The notes under the pieces are model-generated. The model was not told the DNA's origin. It made no database searches and was given only the letters and a program-made list of their open reading frames with translations. Shown piece after piece: positions 48,689 to 57,017 of a stretch of DNA of 64,000 nt (the first letter of the stretch is position 1; every line of letters begins with the position of its first letter). Source of the DNA: Candidatus Hydrogenedentota bacterium (GTDB taxonomy: Bacteria; Hydrogenedentota; Hydrogenedentia; Hydrogenedentales; SLHB01). The stretch spans positions 32,001 through 96,000 of the forward strand of contig BTWA01000009.1 of assembly GCA_045863295.1 (NCBI GenBank), written 5' to 3'. Position numbers and translations under genes: made by a program.

Positions 48689-49234
48689 TTATTTTGCCGG
48701 GGCGCTTTGTTCCTGGGGTGCGGCGCTTTGGGTTGCGGCGTCAGTTTTTTCCTTTTCCAGGACTTCTTTGGGTACTCGTTTCCAGACGGTGGTGCGGCCC
48801 AGTGCAGGGATACCGAGGTATCCTCGCACATTCAGCGTGTCTGCGCCGTCGAGCGTCATCATGCACTTGTAAGTCTTTCCGTTTTCGGGGTCGTATACCG
48901 TGCCGCCTGACCAGGTTTCTCCGTCAAAGTCGAACCCCTGCACCAGATTCAGTCCAATAATGGGATTATTGTGTTTTTCCGGATCGGGATTGTTTTGATC
49001 GGTTTTGGGCTTGCCTGCGTCTTTGTGTCCCTCTTCGTAGAGGGGATCTTTCAGCCATACGATTTTGCCGTGGTACTTATTTTCCTTATCTTTGTAGACT
49101 TCTACGCGGGCGCTGTTGCCGTCCGTATACCAAATACCGAGTACATCGTCCGGACCTGGGGCGGCAAAAGCCCAGGGAGCCAGAGTCACTGAGAAGCCGA
49201 CGGCCACAAGCAGCATGGTTGCACGAGTACGCAC
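48689..49234 (-). CDS. DUF2147 secreted protein (tandem paralog)
   Basis: GGAGG SD before GTG 49234; GKIVWL, YDPENGKTY and VRGYLGIPALGRT motifs. Confidence 0.88.
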   Translation of the reverse strand: MRTRATMLLVAVGFSVTLAPWAFAAPGPDDVLGIWYTDGNSARVEVYKDKENKYHGKIVWLKDPLYEEGHKDAGKPKTDQNNPDPEKHNNPIIGLNLVQGFDFDGETWSGGTVYDPENGKTYKCMMTLDGADTLNVRGYLGIPALGRTTVWKRVPKEVLEKEKTDAATQSAAPQEQSAPAK

Positions 49235-49493
49235 AGGGAAATCCTCCAATTGAATCGTCGTAACACCTGTTTTGACGCCGAGCTACCCGAAACGGTTTAC
49301 AGGATAATACGGAAGGAATCCACCGAACGGCAAGCGGGACGTGGGTGTGTCTTTTAGAATCGGTATGGACGTACATATGCCACGACGGACGCCGCCACGG
49401 CGAATTTGACTGGTTGTGATTATCTTGTTTTGGGCTGACGCCAGAACGCATCATGGTTCGGGCACGATTCATTCAACGAGAGGGCGAGCCGAC

Positions 49494-52214
49494 ATGCGGG
49501 CATCCATTTGGGCGTACGTTGCATTCAGTATCGTTTCCGTGACCTGCTTTGCCGAAGTGAAGCATCCTGTCAACCGTATCCAGTTTGAGGGGCCGATGCG
49601 GGACCGGGTGGAGGCCGTTGTGTCTGAATGGGCGTTGCCCGCACCGGAGGCGAATCCGGGGATGCTGGAGATGTTTCGTTTACGGGACCGGCAGCCGGAT
49701 TACGAAGATCCGGTTCCTTGGGCGGGCGAATTCGCTGGCAAGTACTTGCAGTCGTGTGTGCTGTTGCGGCGGATGTCTGCCAACCCGGAATTGGAAGGGC
49801 ACACGCGCCGATTTGTGCATGACCTAATCGCGACGCAGGCGGACGACGGCTATTTGGGGCCATTTCGCAAAGAAGAACGGTTGCTTGGCCATTGGGATTT
49901 GTGGGGCCACTACCATGTGATGCTTGGTTTGTACATGTGGTATGCCGAGACTGGCGATCGGGCCGCGCTGGATTGCGCAACGCGCGCGGCGGACCTTGTG
50001 TGTGCGACTTACCTTGATGGGGACAAGACCGTGCATGACGCGGGGTCGCATGAAATGAACATGGCGATCATTCACGTCATGGGCCTGCTTTACCGAGAGA
50101 CCGAGAACCCGCGTTACTTGAAGCTGATGCGGCAGGTTGAGTTGGATTGGGAAAAGGCGCCGGCGGGCGACTATTTGCGGACAGCGCTTGATGGCAAGGA
50201 GTTTTTCGAGACCCCCAAGCCGCGGTGGGAGAGTCTACATCCCATGCAGGGGCTCACGGAGTTTTACCGCATCACCGGAGATGAGAAGTACAAGCAGGCG
50301 CTGATGCATCATTGGCACAGCATCCACCGTTGGGACATACACAACGCGGGCAGTTTCTCGACCAATGAGGGGGCGGTTGGCAATCCGTTCAAGCCGGGAT
50401 CGATCGAGACCTGCTGCACGGTGGCGTGGATCGCGTATAGCATTGACGCGTTGGCGCTGTCCCGCGACAGCCTTGTGGCGGACGCGATAGAACGGTCGAC
50501 TTGGAATGCGGTGCTGGGTTACTTGCACCCCAGCGGACGCTGGTGCACGTACGACACGCCGATGGACGGGAAGCGGCTGGCCAGCGCGCATTCGATTGTA
50601 TTTCAGTCAAGACCGGGGACGCCGGAATTGAATTGTTGTTCCGTGAATGGACCGCGGGGATTGGGTTTGATTGCGGAGTGGGCTGTAACGGACGACGAGG
50701 GCGGAATTTATGTCAACTACTACGGCCCGTGCCGCATTGATGCGACGTTGACGAACGGGGAACACTGGGGCATTGAAGAGTCAACCGCGTATCCGAATGA
50801 GGGTGAAATTCGAATAGCGTTCACGCCCTCCGGGACTATCGAGCGCACGATTCATTTTCGCATTCCCTCGTGGAGCCGGAGGACATCGATCCGGGTGGAC
50901 AATGAAGCGCCCGCAGACGCCATACCCGGTACCTATCATGCTATTCGAAGAACTTGGCAGCCAGGGGACACCGTGACATTGGACGTGGATTTGAGTGTCT
51001 GGTCTATTCGCGGTGATTCCTACGTCGATCACAAGTCATCGGTTTTTCGGGGACCGATCTTGTTGACCTACGATCAGAAGTTCAACGCCGTGGAGCCGGG
51101 CATGTTGCCTGAACTCGATCTGCTGAATCTGTCGTTGGAGCCGGAAGCGGTTGTGACGCAGTTTAGCCCGATTGCAGCCTACAGGGCGGCATCGGGAAGT
51201 ACAACGCTTACGCTGGTGGACTACGCGTCGGCAGGGGCCAGCGGTACGGCGTACCGTTCATGGATGCCGGCGAGAAATGGCGAACCATCGCCATTCAGAC
51301 TTCTGCGACCCACGGGCAATTTACCGGTACGTTCGGACCGGCCGCTACTGCTCACATGGATGCCGAGCGTACCCGGATCATTGTACGAAGTGACGCTGGG
51401 CGAAGGTCCTGACCGTTCGCAATCGTTGAAGACGTGGACGGATGTGGACCAGCCGTATGTCATTTTGGATAGCGGCTTGGAAGCCGGCAAGACGTACTAT
51501 TGGCAGGTGGCGGCCAAGACCGAGGGGCGGGAGGTGGCAGCCTTGAATGGTCCCAAGGCGTTCGATGTTGTTGCACCGGATGCAAGCGTGGGGACGGGCG
51601 AAGTGTTGATTCACGCATCGCTACACGGCACGGCGGATCCGGCCACGGGTGTGCTTCGCGAGGCGGCGGCCGTGGTTCCGGCCATGGGGTATCGGGGCGA
51701 GGAGGGAACGGGGCTCGCGTTTGATGGCAAGACCAGCAAGGTTGTTTACCGGGTGGACGATTTCCCCGTGCTTGATTACACGTTATCCATCTTGGTGAAG
51801 CCCCAGGGGCCGCAACAGAAAGGGCAGCAGTGGTATCAGATATGTTCGGCATGGAAGAAGGGTATGGACGACCCGCTTCGCATCTCACTGGTAGACGGCC
51901 GTGTGGTCGCGCAGATGGAAATGGCCAAAGGCGGCGCGCGGATTGATGGTCCCGCGATCCCTGATCATGCGTGGACACGCGTGACTTTGGTCAAGGACCG
52001 GAGTGAATTGCGGCTTTATATCAATGGGCAGTTTTTCGGGCAGACTGTTGTGCCGGAGTTGTTGGACACCGAGGCGGATTCACTGGGTATTGGCTGCAAT
52101 CCCAACTTTGGGCAATTGGAGGGGCTTTCGGCGGTGTTTTCTAATTTGGTTTTTGAAAGCGTGGCCCGTTCAGACGCGGAGATTCTCACGGCGTACACGC
52201 AGACGGCCAAATGA
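49494..52214 (+). CDS. GH127/GH146-like beta-L-arabinofuranosidase with C-terminal FN3-like and LamG-like domains
   Basis: Signal peptide; WAGEFAGKY, DDGYLG, ETCCTVAW, NCCSVNGPRG, YPNEG, RIPSW and RGPILL motifs; C-terminal LYING LamG-like segment. Confidence 0.88.
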   Translation: MRASIWAYVAFSIVSVTCFAEVKHPVNRIQFEGPMRDRVEAVVSEWALPAPEANPGMLEMFRLRDRQPDYEDPVPWAGEFAGKYLQSCVLLRRMSANPELEGHTRRFVHDLIATQADDGYLGPFRKEERLLGHWDLWGHYHVMLGLYMWYAETGDRAALDCATRAADLVCATYLDGDKTVHDAGSHEMNMAIIHVMGLLYRETENPRYLKLMRQVELDWEKAPAGDYLRTALDGKEFFETPKPRWESLHPMQGLTEFYRITGDEKYKQALMHHWHSIHRWDIHNAGSFSTNEGAVGNPFKPGSIETCCTVAWIAYSIDALALSRDSLVADAIERSTWNAVLGYLHPSGRWCTYDTPMDGKRLASAHSIVFQSRPGTPELNCCSVNGPRGLGLIAEWAVTDDEGGIYVNYYGPCRIDATLTNGEHWGIEESTAYPNEGEIRIAFTPSGTIERTIHFRIPSWSRRTSIRVDNEAPADAIPGTYHAIRRTWQPGDTVTLDVDLSVWSIRGDSYVDHKSSVFRGPILLTYDQKFNAVEPGMLPELDLLNLSLEPEAVVTQFSPIAAYRAASGSTTLTLVDYASAGASGTAYRSWMPARNGEPSPFRLLRPTGNLPVRSDRPLLLTWMPSVPGSLYEVTLGEGPDRSQSLKTWTDVDQPYVILDSGLEAGKTYYWQVAAKTEGREVAALNGPKAFDVVAPDASVGTGEVLIHASLHGTADPATGVLREAAAVVPAMGYRGEEGTGLAFDGKTSKVVYRVDDFPVLDYTLSILVKPQGPQQKGQQWYQICSAWKKGMDDPLRISLVDGRVVAQMEMAKGGARIDGPAIPDHAWTRVTLVKDRSELRLYINGQFFGQTVVPELLDTEADSLGIGCNPNFGQLEGLSAVFSNLVFESVARSDAEILTAYTQTAK

Positions 52215-52217
52215 GCT

Positions 52218-52255
52218 AAAAAAGTGTGCCGGCAGACGAATGCGTCTGCCGGCAC
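52218..52255 (-). terminator. Terminator between convergent GH127 and pckG
   Basis: Perfect 13-bp stem GTGCCGGCAGACG/CGTCTGCCGGCAC with an A run on the left, read as a T run on the minus strand. Confidence 0.8.
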
Positions 52256-52276
52256 TATAGAAGGTCTTACTGTTGT

Positions 52277-54115
52277 TTAGTGTTGCTGGTGGGTCGGTTC
52301 CCAGTGTTCGGGAGCGCGCCAGAGTTGTGACAGCATCAATTGCCGCATGAACACGAATTCTTTTGGCAGTCGATCGTAGACGCGCATGAACAATTCTTCA
52401 TGGGAAAGGATTTCCGCCTGCCATGCATCGCGATCGACCGACATGACCTCGGTGAAATCATCCTCTGAGAATTCGATTCCGGTCCAATCGATGTCTTCAT
52501 AGCGAGGCATCCAGCCTAGCGGGCTTTCCTCGGCGTAGGCTTTTCCTCGCACACGGTCGACCACCCATTTCAGGATGCGCATATTCTCTCCGAATCCGGG
52601 CCACGCGAAGTTGCCGTCCTTGTTCTTACGGAACCAGTTCACGCCGAAGATGCGCGGGGGATTGTTGATGACTCGGCCCATATCCAACCAGTGGCTCCAG
52701 TAATCGCCCATGTGGTATCCGATGAACGGGAGCATGGCAAATGGATCGCGGCGGACTTTGCCGACCGCGCCGACTGCCGCGGCGGTAGTTTCCGACCCCA
52801 TGGCGGCCGCCAAATAGACCCCGTAGTTCCAGTTGTAGGCTTGCATGACCAGCGGCACGGTTGTGCTGCGGCGGCCGCCGAATATGAATGCACTCACGGG
52901 CACGCCTTCGGGGTTTTCGAATTCCGAATCCACGCAGGGGCAGTTTTTCACGGGGGCGGTGAAGCGGGCATTCGGGTGCGAGGACTTGCCCTCGCTTTTG
53001 GGTGTCCATTCCTGGCCGCGCCAATCGGTCAGCTTGGCGGGCGGTTCCGGTGTCATGCCTTCCCACCAGACATCGCCTTCTGGGGTGAGGGCGACATTGG
53101 TGAAGATGCAATCGCGCTTGATGCTTTCCATGGCGTTGGGGTTGGATTCATAGGATGTTCCAGGGGCTACGCCAAAGAAACCGCATTCCGGATTGATGGC
53201 GTACAGGCGTCCGCCCGGTCCGGGTTTTATCCACGCGATATCGTCGCCGATGGTTGTAATTTTGTACCCGTCAAATGCGGGCGGGGGAATAATCATGGCG
53301 AAGTTGGTTTTGCCGCACGCGCTCGGAAATGACGCGGCGACATAGGTTTTTTCTTTGTCGGGGGTTTCCACGCCGAGGATGAGCATGTGTTCGGCGAGCC
53401 AGCCTTCGTCGCGCGCCATGCAGGATGCGATACGTAGGGCGAAACATTTCTTGCCGAGCAATGCGTTGCCGCCGTATCCGCTTCCATACGACCAGATTTC
53501 CCGTGTGTCCGGGAAATGAGTGATGTACTTTTCCTTATTATTGCAGGGCCAGGCGACGTCTTTTTGCCCGGGCGCCAGGGGCATCCCCACGGAATGGATG
53601 CAATGGACGAATTCGCCGTCTTCTCCGAGGGTATCCAATACCTTTTTGCCGACGCGCGTCATGATGTGCATGTTGACGACGACATACGGCGAATCGGTCA
53701 ATTCCACGCCGATATGCGCGATGGACGACCCGATGGGCCCCATGCTGAACGGAATGACATACATGGGCCGGCCCTTCATGCAGCCCTTGAACAGGCGCTT
53801 GAGGGTTTTCTTCATGTCTTTGGGGTCGACCCAGTTATTGGTGGGGCCGGCGTCTTGCTTGCGGCGGCTGCAAATAAACGTCCGGTCTTCCACACGGGCG
53901 ACATCCTGGGGGTCGGAGCGAAAGAGGAAGCTGTTGGGACGCAACTTTTCATTGAGTTTGATGGCCATCCCCGACGTGACCATTTCCCCCATTAACTGGT
54001 CGTATTCGGCCTTGGAGCCGTCACACCACACGACCTTTTCGGGCTGGCACAGGGTTTCCATGTCGGCAACCCACTTTTTAAGTTTTTCGTGATTTACGCT
54101 ACCTACAATGCCCAT
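52277..54115 (-). CDS. pckG: Phosphoenolpyruvate carboxykinase (GTP)
   Basis: [46 protein letters not shown] and HPNARF; SD before ATG 54115. Confidence 0.97.
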   Translation of the reverse strand: MGIVGSVNHEKLKKWVADMETLCQPEKVVWCDGSKAEYDQLMGEMVTSGMAIKLNEKLRPNSFLFRSDPQDVARVEDRTFICSRRKQDAGPTNNWVDPKDMKKTLKRLFKGCMKGRPMYVIPFSMGPIGSSIAHIGVELTDSPYVVVNMHIMTRVGKKVLDTLGEDGEFVHCIHSVGMPLAPGQKDVAWPCNNKEKYITHFPDTREIWSYGSGYGGNALLGKKCFALRIASCMARDEGWLAEHMLILGVETPDKEKTYVAASFPSACGKTNFAMIIPPPAFDGYKITTIGDDIAWIKPGPGGRLYAINPECGFFGVAPGTSYESNPNAMESIKRDCIFTNVALTPEGDVWWEGMTPEPPAKLTDWRGQEWTPKSEGKSSHPNARFTAPVKNCPCVDSEFENPEGVPVSAFIFGGRRSTTVPLVMQAYNWNYGVYLAAAMGSETTAAAVGAVGKVRRDPFAMLPFIGYHMGDYWSHWLDMGRVINNPPRIFGVNWFRKNKDGNFAWPGFGENMRILKWVVDRVRGKAYAEESPLGWMPRYEDIDWTGIEFSEDDFTEVMSVDRDAWQAEILSHEELFMRVYDRLPKEFVFMRQLMLSQLWRAPEHWEPTHQQH

Positions 54116-54483
54116 TGAAAACGTTCCTTCCTGGGGCCGCCTTTCTGGGGGTTGCAGCCTTTTCCGCCTGGGAATAAGGGGGTCATCATGCTTCATTGGG
54201 GGGCAGCTTGAGATAGCCGCGCATTCGCGACTGGGATCATAGTCGATTTGGGACTTGGCTATCAATTCGAGGGGTGAAACCGATGGTATTTGTTGCCTGG
54301 ATCGCACAATGTGTTTTCGGGGAAGGCGGCGTGGATAGAGTTCCAGTATGAGAAAACTGCGAGACACGAAGTTTCGTTACCGCGGTATAGATATTGGCCG
54401 ACGCGACGACTTGATTGCGTTGGCGGAACAGTTTGGCCCATAATCAGGTTTTCATGGGGCCGGGATACGACCATTCGAAATTG

Positions 54484-54512
54484 TTGACAAATGGCTGTCA
54501 ACGGCTTAGTCT
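54484..54512 (+). promoter_or_regulatory. Sigma70-type promoter of the peptide operon, overlapped by an inverted repeat
   Basis: TTGACA (54484-54489), 17 bp, TAGTCT (54507-54512); palindrome GTTGACA-N6-TGTCAAC at 54483-54502. Confidence 0.6.
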
Positions 54513-54526
54513 ATGGCGGAGGAAAC

Positions 54527-54727
54527 GTGGGGTACGAGTCAGGAGTGAACTTACCATCGGGGATCCGGCGTCACTTCAGGAACCTTTCACGGCCCAGGGC
54601 CGTGGCGGTTACGGTTGCGACGCCTGCGGAAATTCAGTTCACCAAGGCCCAGTGGGCGGTCCTCAATGCCTTGTTGTCTTTGGAACAGTCCAAGACCGAT
54701 AAAGTGAATGAGCAAGCCGGTTCATGA
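54527..54727 (+). CDS. Small leader-bearing peptide 1
   Basis: GGAGG before GTG 54527; contains RHFRNLSRPRAVA, matching the leader of the next two ORFs. Start uncertain (ORF open from 54491). Confidence 0.55.
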   Translation: MGYESGVNLPSGIRRHFRNLSRPRAVAVTVATPAEIQFTKAQWAVLNALLSLEQSKTDKVNEQAGS

Positions 54728-54819
54728 CCGTGCCGGCCAGTTTGCCGATGCCGCCGGAACGATTCCGCGGAGTCAGGATCGGCGGTCACGTGCTGCCGTA
54801 AGGAGGAGACGGAGGTAAC

Positions 54820-55080
54820 ATGAAGCATCACCGACTGATAACGCGGAAGCCCGTGCAGGGTCAGACTGCGCTTGCCGTGAAATTGGATTTCAAGGTAGGT
54901 TTGAGCGACCTTGCATTTCTCGCTACAGGGTTTGTGGCAAATTTCCTTATTGAGTTTTACGACATCATCGGTGGGTTCCCGACGAACGGGTCTGGCGGCA
55001 CCGGCGGTGACACGGGAGGCGATGGCGGTACCGGTGGCGACACCGGCGGCGACACCGGCGGTGATACGGGTAATGAATAA
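54820..55080 (+). CDS. Small leader-bearing peptide 2 with a Gly/Asp/Thr repeat tail
   Basis: Strong SD (AAGGAGG...GGAGGT); MKHHRLITRKPVQGQTALAVKLD...DIIGG followed by GGDT repeats with synonymous variation. Confidence 0.8.
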   Translation: MKHHRLITRKPVQGQTALAVKLDFKVGLSDLAFLATGFVANFLIEFYDIIGGFPTNGSGGTGGDTGGDGGTGGDTGGDTGGDTGNE

Positions 55081-55130
55081 CGCAGCCCAGTGATCAGCAA
55101 GTTGGCGATTGTACAGCAGGAGACACTGAA

Positions 55131-55367
55131 ATGAAGGCGAGCATGAACCATTGTCGGGCCATTACAAAGTCGCCATCCACGGCTCAAACGGCCTTGGCGC
55201 TAAAGCTCGATGCTTATTTGGCCATTATAACCAATATGTTTACCTCGGGCTTGATCCTTTGGGAAGCAAGCACGGGCGGTTGGTGGGCCGCGTGGCTTGA
55301 CATTATCGGCGGTGAAAACGTCGATGTCGTGTTTGGTCAGAACAACCAAGACACCACGACGGAATAG
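55131..55367 (+). CDS. Small leader-bearing peptide 3
   Basis: AGGAG SD; MNHCRAITKSPSTAQTALALKLD...DIIGG; clear paralog of peptide 2. Confidence 0.8.
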   Translation: MKASMNHCRAITKSPSTAQTALALKLDAYLAIITNMFTSGLILWEASTGGWWAAWLDIIGGENVDVVFGQNNQDTTTE

Positions 55368-55401
55368 ACATCCGCGAAGCCGGTCGTTATCCAGTCATTT
55401 T

Positions 55402-55436
55402 GGGCGAACGCATGGACAATGCGTTCGCCCTTTTTT
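55402..55436 (+). terminator. Rho-independent terminator closing the peptide operon
   Basis: GGGCGAACGCAT-ggaca-ATGCGTTCGCCC followed by T6. Confidence 0.88.
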
Positions 55437-55631
55437 GTTTGGGATAGCCTACATTCTTCACCGCGCTTAAAGCGTGTGTGGGACAAGATCTCCTGCACAA
55501 TGATTAGGACTGGGAGAGAGGATATCTGACGAGCAAGCCGCAATTTTGGATGAGCACAATTGGAAAGGGGCTACCCGGTTTTCTGCTGGGATGTGGCTCT
55601 CTTGTTTGGCGATGTACGTGCAATATTCGGG

Positions 55632-57017
55632 CTAATCGCCTGCTTCGCTGGGCGCGTCCAGGCCCAGTTGGTCCATTTTATATTTCAGGATCCGGCGGGT
55701 GGTGTGGAGTATTTCGGCGGCCTTGGATTGCACATAGTCGGATTTTTCCAGCGCCCTTTGAATGAGAAACCGTTCCAAGCGCTGCGTAGCTTCATCCAAG
55801 GATAGCCCCTCAAATTCAGCGAGGGATCCTTCCACCGGCCCTTCGGAAGATTCGGTGGGTGTCAGTATGCCCTGCAGGTTTGTTTTTCTAATTTCCTTTT
55901 CGTGCGGATTCAGTACCAGAATTCGCTCGACCATGTTTTCCAATTCGCGGATGTTTCCGGGCCAGTCATACCCAGTCATCACGGCCATGGCATCGGGTGC
56001 AAACCGATCCACGGTGCTGTTGACGCGGGTGCGGTGTTTGGCGATGAAGAAGGAGACGAGACCGGGGATATCTTCGCGGCGTTTGCGCAGCGGCGGCAAT
56101 TCTATGTGCAGCACGTTGATGCGGTAATACAGGTCTTCGCGAAATGTTCCGGCCTTCACGCAACTCTTCAGTTCGCGGTTTGTGGCGCAGATAAAGCGCA
56201 CGTCGACTTCGATTACCTTTGAGCTGCCCACGGGGTAGATGTGGCCGTTTTGCAGCACGCGCAATAGTTTGGCCTGGGCTTCCAACGGCATTTCGCCAAT
56301 TTCGTCGAGGAAAAGACTTCCGCCATCCGCTACTTGCACCTTGCCCATGCGCTTTTCGATCGCGCCGGTGAAGGCGCCTTTTTCGTGGCCGAACAATTCG
56401 GCTTCGACCAACTGGTCTGGAATCGCACAGCAGGATACGGGCACAAACGCTTTTTGCGAGCGGGGTCCGCCGGAATGAATGGCACGCGCCAGCAGGTCCT
56501 TGCCAGTGCCGCTTTCACCGGTGATCAAAACAGTGCTATCGACTTCCATGGCGCGTTTGGCCATGGCCAATGTCTGCCTTAATGCAACGCTCTCACCGAC
56601 GATGGACTCGAAGCCCGCGGAGCCGGCCTCGCGCAGCACGGTCAATTCCCGGTCGCGCATGTAGTCCGACAAGGTCTTGTCGATGGTGTGTATGAGTTCT
56701 TCGACGTCGAACGGTTTGATGATGTACTCGCGCGCTCCTCGCTTCATGGCTTCGACGGCGTCTGCGACAGATTTGAGAGCGGTGACCACCGCGACCGGGG
56801 GCATCACGCCGCGCCGTTGCATTTCGTCGAGCACTTGAAATCCGCTCATGCCGGCCATCATGAGATCGAGGAGCATCAGATCGACGTGGTTATCCTCAAG
56901 AATCTTAAGTGCCTTGGGACCATCTTCCGCGAGGAGGACCCGGTACTGATCCTGAAGGATCATCCGGTACGATTCCCGGATGCTGAGCTCGTCGTCAACC
57001 GCCAGTATGGTTTTCAT
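55632..57017 (-). CDS. Sigma54-dependent response regulator (NtrC/AtoC type)
   Basis: Receiver (VDDE, LLDLMM, KPF), GESGTGKD, GAFTGA, FLDEIGE, WPGNIREL and Fis-type HTH; start at ATG 57017. Confidence 0.95.
   Translation of the reverse strand: MKTILAVDDELSIRESYRMILQDQYRVLLAEDGPKALKILEDNHVDLMLLDLMMAGMSGFQVLDEMQRRGVMPPVAVVTALKSVADAVEAMKRGAREYIIKPFDVEELIHTIDKTLSDYMRDRELTVLREAGSAGFESIVGESVALRQTLAMAKRAMEVDSTVLITGESGTGKDLLARAIHSGGPRSQKAFVPVSCCAIPDQLVEAELFGHEKGAFTGAIEKRMGKVQVADGGSLFLDEIGEMPLEAQAKLLRVLQNGHIYPVGSSKVIEVDVRFICATNRELKSCVKAGTFREDLYYRINVLHIELPPLRKRREDIPGLVSFFIAKHRTRVNSTVDRFAPDAMAVMTGYDWPGNIRELENMVERILVLNPHEKEIRKTNLQGILTPTESSEGPVEGSLAEFEGLSLDEATQRLERFLIQRALEKSDYVQSKAAEILHTTRRILKYKMDQLGLDAPSEAGD

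Noticed and set aside
54994..55074. Short tandem repeats as a CRISPR array
   Set aside because: In-frame 12-bp coding repeats without spacers, and no cas genes.
55103..55118. Sigma54 -24/-12-like site TGGCGATTGTACAGCA before peptide 3
   Set aside because: GG-N10-GC spacing fits, but TTGC is missing and the implied start site would exclude the SD. I found no good sigma54 promoter at the peptide operon.
54820..55367. Peptides 2 and 3 as type IV/Flp prepilins (G|Q cleavage)
   Set aside because: No Glu at +5, charged KLD interrupts the segment after the putative site, and no pilus genes are nearby. Not excluded, but unsupported.
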